From IMG/VR virus record IMGVR_UViG_3300045988_175898: a stretch of 36,457 nucleotides of DNA, one strand, 5' to 3'. Of this stretch, positions 7,034 through 15,693 are shown piece after piece. The stretch's first letter is position 1; every line of letters begins with the position of its first letter. Below the pieces are notes generated by a model. It was not told where the DNA came from. It did not search any database and worked only from the letters and a program-made list of their open reading frames with translations. The position numbers and the translations under genes were made by a program. Source of the DNA: a virus.

Positions 7034-7999
7034 ATGGCAAAAACTATCACCACCCTCGAGGCACTGCAGAAGAGTGCCACCCGCTACGAGAAGGAACTCC
7101 TCATCATGCCGGCCACATCAGCCGGTGCCACGCTGCAGCACATGACGGGCATGCCCGGCCTGCTTGGCAACGTGGTGCTCGGCCAGCTTGACGGCGATGC
7201 CGAACTTGGCCCGTACAAGAGCACACGCTCGGACGACGGCAACTTTACCATCACCCCGCGCGAACTTGAACTTTTCCTTGGCAACTGTGCCTACGGCTTC
7301 GACCCCAACGATGTGTGGGGCACCATCTACGGCTCGCTTGTGGCCCAAGGCGAGTCGCTCAAGACGGTGGACGTGAACAAGTACATTCTCATGTTCGTGG
7401 CCGGCAAACTTGGCCGCAAGCTCAACATGGCCATCTGGGGCGCAAAGCGCAACGCCGATGGCGACACCACGAAGGACTTGTTTAACGGTTTCGACACCAT
7501 CACCGCCACCGAGGCCACTGCGGGCAACATTGCCGCAGGCAAGGGCAACTACATGGAGCTGACGGCCGCCATCGACAAGACTAACGCCATCGACACATTC
7601 AACGCCATCTACGCCGCCGCCGATGACGAGCTGCAGGGCCAGAAGGCTAAAATATATGTGTCGAAGGACATTTACAACGCCTACAACCAGAACTACCAGT
7701 TGTTGCACGGCTCGCTGCCTTACAACACGGAGTTCAAGAAAACCTTCCTCGAGGGTTCGGACAACCTGTGGGAGTTCTGCCCGCTGGCATCAAAGAAGGG
7801 CTCGCAGTACATACACATTGCCCCGCAGAGCAACATGGTGTACGGCTTCGGCGCGGGCGACAACCCCGGCGAGCGTCTGGCCATCGAAAAGTACTCGTCG
7901 TGGAAACTCACCCTCGAGGCTGCCATAGCCTTCGGCGTGCAGTTCCGAAGCCTTAGCCCCGAAATGCTCATGGTGGCCAAACTCAAGGGCGGAGAATGA
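7034..7999 (+). CDS. major capsid protein (candidate, HK97-fold by position)
   Basis: 321 aa, immediately downstream of the prohead protease. I recognise no motif with certainty. Confidence 0.6.
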   Translation: MAKTITTLEALQKSATRYEKELLIMPATSAGATLQHMTGMPGLLGNVVLGQLDGDAELGPYKSTRSDDGNFTITPRELELFLGNCAYGFDPNDVWGTIYGSLVAQGESLKTVDVNKYILMFVAGKLGRKLNMAIWGAKRNADGDTTKDLFNGFDTITATEATAGNIAAGKGNYMELTAAIDKTNAIDTFNAIYAAADDELQGQKAKIYVSKDIYNAYNQNYQLLHGSLPYNTEFKKTFLEGSDNLWEFCPLASKKGSQYIHIAPQSNMVYGFGAGDNPGERLAIEKYSSWKLTLEAAIAFGVQFRSLSPEMLMVAKLKGGE

Positions 8000-8159
8000 G
8001 TTGAAAAGTTGAAAAGTTAAGAGGTCACCTCTGCGAGTTCGACCTCTAAAACTGACCTCTTAACTCTTAAACTCTTAAACTTTTCAACTTAAATCCCTCC
8101 AAGCCTGACATTCCTCTTAACTTCTCAACTCTTAAACTCTTAAACTTAAAAAACTCCCC
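8000..8159. repeat. IPE-4: G-type core, forward
   Basis: ACCTCTGCGAGTTCGACCTCTAAAAC at 8027-8052, palindrome AGAGGTCACCTCT, and CTGACATTCCTCTTAAC at 8105-8121. Confidence 0.9.
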
Positions 8160-8780
8160 ATGGCAATACAAACCACAACCACCACCCCATGCGCCAACGG
8201 CGCCCCATTCAGCTCACTGCGCTTCTGCGCCGGCCAGCGCGTCATTCCCGGCATTCGCACCGCGGTATACTACACAGCAAAGGAAAACATCACAGCATGG
8301 CCCACCCTGCCACAGCCCTCCGACAAGGACGTGACACTGGCCAAACTCGCCACCTACGACGGCAACTTCACACTCAAGGCCGACAAGAAGTGGCAGCGCA
8401 TTGACCTCGTAACAAATAAAGGCAACGTTGAATGGGAAACTCAGGGCGAGCGCCCCTCGTGCACATTTCTCAACAAGCTTACAGCCAGCCACCCCGGCAC
8501 GGCCGAGGAGGCAGCAGGCTTTTGCTCTGTGGCGCAGAACGCCGACCTCGTGTTCCTGGTGCAGCAGCGTGACGGCAAGTTCCGCGTGCTGGGCAACGAG
8601 ATGTTCGAAACGGTGGTGAAGCCCAAAGGCTCGCTCGGCGAGGGCACAAGCACCAACGCGAGCACCGACATCGAAATCGAAGCTACCGACGTGGTGCCGG
8701 CTCCCTTCTACCCCGGCGAAATCGACACCGCCGACGATGGCAAGATCAGCGGAGCAACAGGCAAGCCGGTGGCAGCGTAG
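8160..8780 (+). CDS. hypothetical virion-module protein
   Basis: 206-aa ORF flanked by IPEs. Confidence 0.5.
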   Translation: MAIQTTTTTPCANGAPFSSLRFCAGQRVIPGIRTAVYYTAKENITAWPTLPQPSDKDVTLAKLATYDGNFTLKADKKWQRIDLVTNKGNVEWETQGERPSCTFLNKLTASHPGTAEEAAGFCSVAQNADLVFLVQQRDGKFRVLGNEMFETVVKPKGSLGEGTSTNASTDIEIEATDVVPAPFYPGEIDTADDGKISGATGKPVAA

Positions 8781-8990
8781 CCGCAGGCGGCTAAGTTGAA
8801 AAGTTTATGAGTTGAAAAGTTAAGAGGTTGCTTTAAGAGTTGAAAAGTTTATGAGTTGAAAAGTTAAGAAGTTACATCTGCTTGTCCAACTCTTAAAACC
8901 GATCGCTTAACGCTTCAACTCCTAAACTTTTCAACTCTTAAAGCGACCTCTTAACTTTTCAACTCCTAAACTTATCAACTTTTTAGTACT
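8781..8990. repeat. IPE-5: compound element (truncated reverse core remnant plus full T-type forward core)
   Basis: GTTGCTTTAAGAGTTG near 8827-8842 resembles a truncated reversed core. The full core ACATCTGCTTGTCCAACTCTTAAAAC lies at 8874-8899. There are two nested sets of arms. Confidence 0.8.
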
Positions 8991-9530
8991 ATGCTCGACC
9001 ACGAATTCACCAAACAACTGCAGGCCTACCTTGCCAAGCCGTCAGATGAACGCGACGTGAGGCAAGGGGCCATGCTCCTGTTGCGCATCAACTCCAACCG
9101 CTACCTCTACGCCTGTGCCTGTGCCGCCCCCGCGCGCTACGCCGACACCATAGCCTACGAACTGAACAAGTACCTGCGCATACGCCTCGACGGCCTCACG
9201 CGCCACGACGTGGCCACCATGGAGCAAGAGGCCCTGCCGCGCATTGAGCAATCACTGCAACAGGGCGCGCCCGTCATCAGCACCGACGCCGACCACCCCA
9301 AGGGCCAGTACCGCGGCCGCCGCCCCGACCACGACAAACTGCCCGACCACATAAAGAAGCTGTACGACGATAACGGCGAGCTTTACTTCAAGATGAAGCA
9401 AACCTTTGAAACGCTCAAGACCATGGCCGACAAGGAGCCGTGCGACCGCTACGAACTGCTCAAACTGCTCAAAAAGGCTGATGAGAGGTACAGGCTGAAT
9501 TGGGAGGCATACGACGAATTTAGAAGTTGA
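8991..9530 (+). CDS. hypothetical protein
   Basis: 179-aa ORF flanked by IPEs. Confidence 0.5.
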   Translation: MLDHEFTKQLQAYLAKPSDERDVRQGAMLLLRINSNRYLYACACAAPARYADTIAYELNKYLRIRLDGLTRHDVATMEQEALPRIEQSLQQGAPVISTDADHPKGQYRGRRPDHDKLPDHIKKLYDDNGELYFKMKQTFETLKTMADKEPCDRYELLKLLKKADERYRLNWEAYDEFRS

Positions 9531-9676
9531 AAAGTTTATGAGTTTAAGAGTTTAGAGGACGCCTCTGCGAGTTCAACTCTAAAAAGCGACCTCATAAACT
9601 TATCAACTTCTAAACTTCTCAACTTATAAAACCGTCCTCTTAACTTCTAAACTTTTCAACTTCTCAACTTATTAAA
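9531..9676. repeat. IPE-6: G-type core variant, forward
   Basis: GCCTCTGCGAGTTCAACTCTAAAAAG at 9561-9586. Confidence 0.85.
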
Positions 9677-10246
9677 ATGACCGACACCCTCGCCGACCGC
9701 GCGCAACGCTACCTCATGGCCTCTGCCGAAGAAATGCAGAAAGCCGGACTGCCGCAATACATGCAGGCCCGCCTGCTACGCCTCAGGGAGATGTATGCCT
9801 ACTGGCTGCAGAACCCCCGCATGGTGGACAAGGACATTGTGGGCGTGCTGCGCCAAAAGTACGGGCTCGGCCTGTCGCAAGCCTACGAGGACGTGCGCTG
9901 CATCAAGATATGCCTGGGCAACCTCGGGCGCATCACCAAGGACTACGACCGCTGGCTCTTCCGCGAACGGTGCGAGGAGGGGTGGCAGATGGCACGCGAG
10001 GCGGGCGACGCCAAGGCCTTTGCCGCCATGACGGCCACCTACCTCAAGGGCACGCAGCTCGACAAGGAGGACTCAGCCGCCCCCGACTACTCGAGCATCA
10101 CCCCGCAGCAGTTCGTCATATCGGCCGACCCCGCCGTGGCTGGCTTCAAGGTGGTGCCCGGCATCATCGAAAAGGCAAAGAAGCTCGAGGCGCGCTACGT
10201 GCAGGAGTTTGAAGAGGTTGACAACCACACCCCACCCACACCATGA
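9677..10246 (+). CDS. hypothetical protein
   Basis: 189-aa ORF whose stop overlaps the next start. Confidence 0.5.
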   Translation: MTDTLADRAQRYLMASAEEMQKAGLPQYMQARLLRLREMYAYWLQNPRMVDKDIVGVLRQKYGLGLSQAYEDVRCIKICLGNLGRITKDYDRWLFRERCEEGWQMAREAGDAKAFAAMTATYLKGTQLDKEDSAAPDYSSITPQQFVISADPAVAGFKVVPGIIEKAKKLEARYVQEFEEVDNHTPPTP

Positions 10247-10653
10247 CACGCTACATCACCCACCTGAGCCTTGCCCCCGCCGCCAGCATGGGCCAGCTCA
10301 CCCTCGGCCCCGACGGGCACACGGCAGCCCTCAACACCGAGGGCGCACAGTGGCACACAGTGCCCACCACGGGCCTTGCGGCCATGGAGGTGAGCGACGA
10401 GGTGGCCGACGGCCGCCACACCGTCAGCACCAAGCTCACCGCCACGCTGCGCGGCCGCTACACCCCCATGGCCGGCCCTGTGGCCGTGCTGCTCACCTGT
10501 GCCGACGGCACACGCCTGCTCCTTGGCACGGGCGAAAGGCCCATGCCCGCCGTCACACTGCCCGACACGCTGCCCGGCAAGGCGGCCGAACGCTCGGCGC
10601 AAACGCTGAGCATTAGTTATTCATCAAGGCCGCTGGCCTTGATAAATAACTAA
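10243..10653 (+). CDS. hypothetical protein
   Basis: 136-aa ORF with an ATGA overlap to the upstream gene. Confidence 0.45.
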   Translation: MTRYITHLSLAPAASMGQLTLGPDGHTAALNTEGAQWHTVPTTGLAAMEVSDEVADGRHTVSTKLTATLRGRYTPMAGPVAVLLTCADGTRLLLGTGERPMPAVTLPDTLPGKAAERSAQTLSISYSSRPLALINN

Positions 10654-10769
10654 TGAGTTGAAAAGTTTAAGAGTTGAAAAGTTAAGAAGTTACCTCTGCT
10701 TGCTCAACTCTTAAAGGCGTTCTCCTAACTTTTCAACTCATCAACTTATAAACTTTAATCCCCTCCCCC
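10654..10769. repeat. IPE-7: T-type core, forward
   Basis: ACCTCTGCTTGCTCAACTCTTAAAGG at 10692-10717. Confidence 0.9.
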
Positions 10770-11180
10770 ATGATCACCCTCAAAGTAAGAGGCTTGAAAA
10801 ACTTCAAGCTCGACAAAAAGCAGTACTTCCCCCAGGTGGCCCCCACCACCCCCATCGGCCTTAACGACGTGGCCTCACAAATTGAGAAACAAAGCACCGT
10901 GAGCCTGGCCGACATCAAGGGCGTGCTCGACGCCCTGCAAGAAGTGGTGCTCGAAGCCATGGCCGACGGCTACTCCGTGCGCCTGGGCGACCTTGGCTCG
11001 TTCCGACTCACATGCACCACCACCCATGGCGAGGACGACCCAAAACTCGTCACCGCCAAGCAGGTAAAAAAGCTGCGTGTGCGCTTCACTCCTTCGGGTG
11101 CCATGCAGCAAAAGCTCGGCACGGCCGATGCACGCACCCGCAGCGTGACGTTCAGCAAGATAGCCACACCCGAGGCATAG
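10770..11180 (+). CDS. HU-like DNA-binding protein (Bacteroidota HU_HIG type)
   Basis: 136 aa. The segment QIEKQSTVSLADIKGVLDALQEVVLEAMADGYSVRLGDLGSFRLTC...VRFTPSGAMQ follows the pattern of Bacteroidales HU-domain proteins as I recall it. Confidence 0.65.
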   Translation: MITLKVRGLKNFKLDKKQYFPQVAPTTPIGLNDVASQIEKQSTVSLADIKGVLDALQEVVLEAMADGYSVRLGDLGSFRLTCTTTHGEDDPKLVTAKQVKKLRVRFTPSGAMQQKLGTADARTRSVTFSKIATPEA

Positions 11181-11181
11181 C

Positions 11182-11252
11182 AAAAACAGTTGTGCCGAAG
11201 AGAAAAAACAGTTGTGCCTGCGAGAAAAAACGCGCAGGCACAACCGAAAAAA
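11182..11252. repeat. 22-nt-phased A-tract / CAGTT repeat locus with a 12-bp hairpin (paralog of nt 1-75)
   Basis: AAAAACAGTTGTGCC occurs at 11182-11196 and 11204-11218. GTTGTGCCTGCG (11211-11222) pairs with CGCAGGCACAAC (11233-11244). A-tracts lie near 11182, 11203, 11224 and 11247. Confidence 0.85.
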
Positions 11253-11265
11253 GCGCGTAGTGAAG

Positions 11266-11400
11266 CCATGAAGTTGCCCAAGCTCTAATGGGGGCGACGC
11301 GTCCCGCGCCGGGAAAAAGATGCAGCCATGGCTTCACACCCTCCCGCCCATCACCGACGCGGGACGCGTCGCCCCCATTAGAGCTTGGGCAACTTCATGG
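11266..11400. repeat. perfect 43-bp inverted repeat with a 49-nt spacer
   Basis: 11266-11308 is the exact reverse complement of 11358-11400. A competing pairing exists between GTGAAGCCATG (11260-11270) and CATGGCTTCAC (11327-11337). Confidence 0.9.
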
Positions 11401-11457
11401 TCTCTAAAAGCGACCTCTTAACTTCTAAATTTTTCAACTCATCAACTCAAAACCCCC
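11401..11457. repeat. IPE-8: core-less right arm only
   Basis: TCTCTAAAAGCGACCTCTTAACTTCTAAATTTTTCAACTCATCAAC. There is no ACCTCTGC core and no left arm. Confidence 0.7.
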
Positions 11458-12834
11458 ATGAACATATCCCCCCTCCTCTCCACGGCCACCACCATACGCT
11501 ACGAGAAGGCACGCTACGCCAACACCGCCGAACGTGTGGGCTCACTGCTCTACAACATGTGCCAGGCCATGGCCGACACCGATGCCACCGCATCGGCCGC
11601 CAACACCATAGCGCAGGGCCTGAACCAGTGGCTCACCACCCACGACAACCTGACCACCCTCGACGCCCTGAACGCCGCGCTCGACGCCATGAACGTGGAC
11701 TCCCCCCAGGGCCTGCACTGCTTCAAGTGCCTCGGCATACCGGTGCTCACCTACTTCGGCGTGCTCGTGAAGGACACCAAGCGCTATGTGCAGATAGCGG
11801 TGGGGGCTTTCACCCTCAACTCGCATGGCACCGCGCTGGCCTCGATCAACGACACAGCATCAACGCGCAACGTGATAGTGCGCTACTTTAACGGCACCAA
11901 GTGGCAGGCATGGCAGCCCCTGCAGCCGCAAAAGCAAACGTCGTACTCGGGCTTCAACGGCAACTATGTATACTCCGAAGGCACGACCGACAACACGCGC
12001 ACCATACTGAGCAGCAAAATGTGGACTTATACACACACCGACCGCAACTTGTTTTTACGCTTCAAGCACTGGGGCGCAGAGAACAACACTGATACAAGCC
12101 AATACAGTCAAGTGCTGCTATGCTATTTGGTGAACAGGAACCAAGACGGGCTGATGGATAAGTATGTGTTTGCCCGCATTCTGAATAACAATCTTGCAGA
12201 AGGGCTGAGCACTACGGACAGCGTAATTGTTAACTACACAAACTTTGCCGATAGTGGCAACAAGCAACTTGTACTCACCAAGGCCACAAGCGCCAAGGCG
12301 GGCGTCATGACGGCCGCACAGGCCACGCAGCTGAGTGCGCTGGACGAAGGCATAAAGCAAGTGAGCCTGAACGGCGGCAAAAAGTGGGAGTTCCGCACCC
12401 TCGGGGGCGAAAAGGTGTTGGAAACGCTCTCCGACGTAATGGGCGAGGAGGTAAGCCACTCCGACTTCGAGAACGCCGAACTCGCCACCTACATGGAGGG
12501 CAACCCCATCGAGGTGTACCAAACGCAGGGTGCCTACGGTGTGCCCGCACAAAAGTACATGATATGGTTCGGCCACCGCATCAAGGGCGCCAGCGGCGCC
12601 AGCGGCACACTGCAGCGCTACGACTTCAAGACCATTGCCGGCATGGAGCCGCTCGCGTTGTACAACAGAGTGACACAGGGCACCGCGATGCACTTCTGGA
12701 CTCTGACCAATGGCCATGCCATTGCCTACAAAGGCTCGGGGGGCCTCACGGCGCAACTGAGAACCGCGCCCTACATCATGAACACCGACGACAAGGCATT
12801 GCTCGAAAAGTTGAGAGGGCAGTTGAAAAGTTGA
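11458..12834 (+). CDS. hypothetical virion-module protein (function unassigned)
   Basis: 458-aa ORF between IPE-8 and IPE-9. Confidence 0.5.
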   Translation: MNISPLLSTATTIRYEKARYANTAERVGSLLYNMCQAMADTDATASAANTIAQGLNQWLTTHDNLTTLDALNAALDAMNVDSPQGLHCFKCLGIPVLTYFGVLVKDTKRYVQIAVGAFTLNSHGTALASINDTASTRNVIVRYFNGTKWQAWQPLQPQKQTSYSGFNGNYVYSEGTTDNTRTILSSKMWTYTHTDRNLFLRFKHWGAENNTDTSQYSQVLLCYLVNRNQDGLMDKYVFARILNNNLAEGLSTTDSVIVNYTNFADSGNKQLVLTKATSAKAGVMTAAQATQLSALDEGIKQVSLNGGKKWEFRTLGGEKVLETLSDVMGEEVSHSDFENAELATYMEGNPIEVYQTQGAYGVPAQKYMIWFGHRIKGASGASGTLQRYDFKTIAGMEPLALYNRVTQGTAMHFWTLTNGHAIAYKGSGGLTAQLRTAPYIMNTDDKALLEKLRGQLKS

Positions 12835-12935
12835 AAAGTTGAAAAGTTAAGAGGTAACCTCTGCTTGCCCCAACTCTTAAAACCGACATCTTAACTCTTA
12901 AACTCTTAAACTCATAACCTTAAAAAGCCTCCTCT
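12835..12935. repeat. IPE-9: T-type core, forward
   Basis: ACCTCTGCTTGCCCCAACTCTTAAAAC at 12857-12883, with palindrome AGAGGTAACCTCT. Confidence 0.9.
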
Positions 12936-13187
12936 ATGACCAAAGAAGACCGTACAAAATACCAAGTTTACTCGGCCCTGGCCATGCTCCTTGCGGGTGT
13001 GGCACTGAGTGTGGCGGGGTTCCTGGTGCCCCCGGTGGGCGAGATCAGCGACTCGGTGCTGTGGTTCTTTGCCCAGTGCCTCATTTATGCCGGCTCAATA
13101 TTCGGCGTGAGCATCTACGTGCAAAGCAAGTTCACCGAGCTGAAAGAAGAAATAAACAACCGCAAAAACATTGACAAGAGTAGTTGA
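12936..13187 (+). CDS. holin candidate (two transmembrane helices)
   Basis: 83 aa. It has two hydrophobic segments (ALAMLLAGVALSVAGFLV and VLWFFAQCLIYAGSIFGVSIYV) and a charged C-terminal tail. It lies directly upstream of the amidase gene. Confidence 0.55.
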   Translation: MTKEDRTKYQVYSALAMLLAGVALSVAGFLVPPVGEISDSVLWFFAQCLIYAGSIFGVSIYVQSKFTELKEEINNRKNIDKSS

Positions 13188-13362
13188 AAAGTTGAGTGGA
13201 AAGTTGAAAAGTTGAAGAGTTGAAAAGTTAAGAAGTCACCTCTGCTTGTCCAACCACTGAAACCGACCTCCCAACTCTTAAACTCTTAAACTTTTCAACT
13301 CTCAAAACCGACCTCATAAACTTCTCAACTTTTCAACTCATCAACTTAAACCCCCGACCAAC
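13188..13362. repeat. IPE-10: T-type core variant, forward
   Basis: ACCTCTGCTTGTCCAACCACTGAAAC at 13238-13263. The left arm carries four GTTGAAAAGTT-like units. Confidence 0.9.
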
Positions 13363-13788
13363 ATGAAACTAGACCCCCGACAAATCAAATACCTCATAGT
13401 GCACTGCACGGCCACCGCCCGCGGCAAGGACTTCACCGCCGCCGACGTGGACCGCTGGCACCGCCAGCAGGGGTGGGACATGATAGGCTACCACTACCTG
13501 GTGCGACTCGACGGCACCATCGAGCCCGGCCGCCCCGAAACCATGCAGGGCGCACACTGCAAGGGCTACAACCACCAGAGCCTGGGCATATGCTACGTGG
13601 GAGGGCTCGACGCCCAGGGCCGCCGCCCCGAGGACACCCGCACCACGGCACAAGTGGCTGCCCTTGGAGCACTGCTCAAACGGCTGCACCGCAAGTACCC
13701 CAAAGCCCGCATCGTGGGCCACCACAACCTTAACCCCGGCAAGGCGTGCCCATCGTTCGACGCCCGTGCCGAATATGCCGACCTATGA
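13363..13788 (+). CDS. N-acetylmuramoyl-L-alanine amidase (Amidase_2 / T7-lysozyme-like endolysin)
   Basis: 141 aa. The motifs IVHCTAT, GYHYLV, GAHCKGYN, ICYVGG and GHHNLNPGKACPSFD are typical of the PGRP/amidase_2 fold. Confidence 0.9.
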   Translation: MKLDPRQIKYLIVHCTATARGKDFTAADVDRWHRQQGWDMIGYHYLVRLDGTIEPGRPETMQGAHCKGYNHQSLGICYVGGLDAQGRRPEDTRTTAQVAALGALLKRLHRKYPKARIVGHHNLNPGKACPSFDARAEYADL

Positions 13789-14267
13789 CCCACACCCCAC
13801 ACCCCAACCCATTAAGGCGGCTTACACTCGTAACCCTTGGCCGCGTGGCCACCATGGCGGCCCTGCTCGCCCTGCTTGCCTTCACGGCCACAAGTTGCCG
13901 CCAAGTGCACTACATCACCACCAACCGCACCACCCACACCACCGACACGGTGGAGCGCTGGCACGTGAGGCTCGACTCTGTGCTCGTGGCCGACTCGGTG
14001 AGCCTCACTCAGTGGCAGCGGGACGACACCGTATATGTCGAAAAAACGCGCCTCAAAATTCGTAACCGTGTAACTCTGCAGCACGACACGCTGTGGCGCA
14101 CTGCCATCAGGCACGACACCATCAGCACCGAGGCCAAGCCCGCCAAGGCCGGCACGGGGGGCGGAATTCTACAAAATCGGTCGAATTTTGCCAACACCCT
14201 CAAACTGCTCATCGTACTGGCGGCGCTCGTGTTGCTCTGCGTGTATATGAAGAAACGCAAGCTCTAA
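13785..14267 (+). CDS. unimolecular-spanin-like lipoprotein (N-terminal lipobox plus C-terminal TM helix)
   Basis: The ORF track frame begins at 13746. I prefer the ATG at 13785, which overlaps the amidase stop (ATGA). It has a lipobox-like LLAFTATSC and a C-terminal LKLLIVLAALVLLCVYMKKRKL. Confidence 0.5.
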   Translation: MTHTPHPNPLRRLTLVTLGRVATMAALLALLAFTATSCRQVHYITTNRTTHTTDTVERWHVRLDSVLVADSVSLTQWQRDDTVYVEKTRLKIRNRVTLQHDTLWRTAIRHDTISTEAKPAKAGTGGGILQNRSNFANTLKLLIVLAALVLLCVYMKKRKL

Positions 14268-14437
14268 TGGGGGCGTTTGGGTGAAAGTTGATAAGTTTAG
14301 AAGTTGAAAAGTTAAGAAGATACCTCTGCTTGCTCAACTCTTAAAAGCGACCTCTTAACTTTTCAACTCATCAACTCCTCAACTCTTAAAAGCGCCCTCT
14401 TAACTTTTCAACTCCTCAACTTATAAACTTAAAACTC
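14268..14437. repeat. IPE-11: T-type core, forward
   Basis: ACCTCTGCTTGCTCAACTCTTAAAAG at 14322-14347. There are two tandem right arms of the form (AAAAGCG[A/C]CCTCTTAACTTTTCAACTC). Confidence 0.9.
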
Positions 14438-15520
14438 ATGCTCCGTCTCACCACCACACTGCCCACCCTGGCCTTTGCCACCGAGATACAGGACCTCGGC
14501 TTCAGCGGCGGCACCCCCGGCACTCCCTGCCGCATAAGGCTCACGCTCGGCACGTCCGCAGTGCTCGACACCAGCCTCACTCCCGACACCCACGGCGACT
14601 TTGCCCTGCACGACCTTGGCTGGCTGCTCAGCACGCACGCCATAGCCCTGGCGGAGCAAGGCAAATGGACCAACAACCTGCGCATAGAGGCCGAAGGCAC
14701 GCTGGTGGGCACCGTGAGCATCATGCCCTGCCGCCAGCGGCTCTACATCAACGGGGCCGACTTTGTGCAGCGTTCCTTCCTCACCCTCTCGGGCGGCGGC
14801 TGCAAGGTGGTGCCCGCGCTGGCCACGGAGCGGCTTGTGTGGCTGCCCTCGGACGAGGAGCGCAAGCAGGAGCGGCCCGTGAGCGTGCGCGTCACGTATC
14901 TCGACATGAGCACGGGCCAGACAAGGCGCATCGGCTCCGAGTTCAGGGCCGAGGAGTACAACGACTCCCTGCTCTGCTACAACGCCTCGCCCTCAGCCAT
15001 AGTCGACATGCAGGCCATAGGCCCTTATTCGGGGCGCACAAGTCTGCCCGTGGCCTACGATGTGACGGTGGGCCAGCGCACCATGCGCTACCGCCTTGCA
15101 CCGTGGGACACTGACGCCGCACCCGTCACCACGCTCGACTTTACCAACGTGTTTGCCCTGCCCGACACCTTATATATATATGGCGAGGTGGAGGAAACGC
15201 TCAAGCCCACCTACACGCAGGTGGTTGTGGGCGGCTCGGCCTACAACGCCAACGTGGAGGCGCAAGCCGAGTTCAAGGCTGCCACGGGCGCACTCAGCGC
15301 GGCCGAAATGGCACTGCTCAAGGACGTGGCCACGGCGCGCCATGTGTGGCACGACGACACGCCCGTAACCATAACCGCGGCCGAACTCAAAGGCTCCAAC
15401 GCCTACAACACGGCCGACTCGGCCACGCTGACGTGGCGCGAGAGCCGGGCCGGGCTGGCGGTGCTCACGCCGCTGCCCGTGCGCACGTTCGACCGCACGT
15501 TCGATGAAACGTTTTTATAA
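14438..15520 (+). CDS. hypothetical virion-module protein
   Basis: 360-aa ORF flanked by IPEs. Confidence 0.5.
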   Translation: MLRLTTTLPTLAFATEIQDLGFSGGTPGTPCRIRLTLGTSAVLDTSLTPDTHGDFALHDLGWLLSTHAIALAEQGKWTNNLRIEAEGTLVGTVSIMPCRQRLYINGADFVQRSFLTLSGGGCKVVPALATERLVWLPSDEERKQERPVSVRVTYLDMSTGQTRRIGSEFRAEEYNDSLLCYNASPSAIVDMQAIGPYSGRTSLPVAYDVTVGQRTMRYRLAPWDTDAAPVTTLDFTNVFALPDTLYIYGEVEETLKPTYTQVVVGGSAYNANVEAQAEFKAATGALSAAEMALLKDVATARHVWHDDTPVTITAAELKGSNAYNTADSATLTWRESRAGLAVLTPLPVRTFDRTFDETFL

Positions 15521-15693
15521 GTTGAAAAGTTTAGGAGTTGAAAGGTTAAGAGGATACCTCTGCGAGTTCAACTCTTAAAAGCGACCGCTTAACTCTTAAA
15601 CTCTTCAACTTCTCAACTTAAAATTCCTCCTCGCCAGACATTCCTCTTAACTCTTCAACTTCTAAACTTTTCAACTTAAAACCCCCTCCCCCT
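15521..15693. repeat. IPE-12: G-type core, forward
   Basis: ACCTCTGCGAGTTCAACTCTTAAAAG at 15556-15581, and CAGACATTCCTCTTAAC at 15635-15651. Confidence 0.9.

Noticed and set aside
11268-11288. Mini-ORF ATGAAGTTGCCCAAGCTCTAA (MKLPKL) inside the left arm of the 43-bp inverted repeat, as a possible leader peptide
   Set aside because: It has six codons, no supporting start context, and lies within a perfect palindrome. It is most likely fortuitous. It is noted only because the same ...KL-stop sequence ends the spanin-like gene.
11152-11337. 61-aa minus-strand ORF across the A-tract locus and inverted repeat
   Set aside because: It runs through repeat and hairpin sequence, has no promoter-like signals on the minus strand, and would be the only other minus-strand gene.
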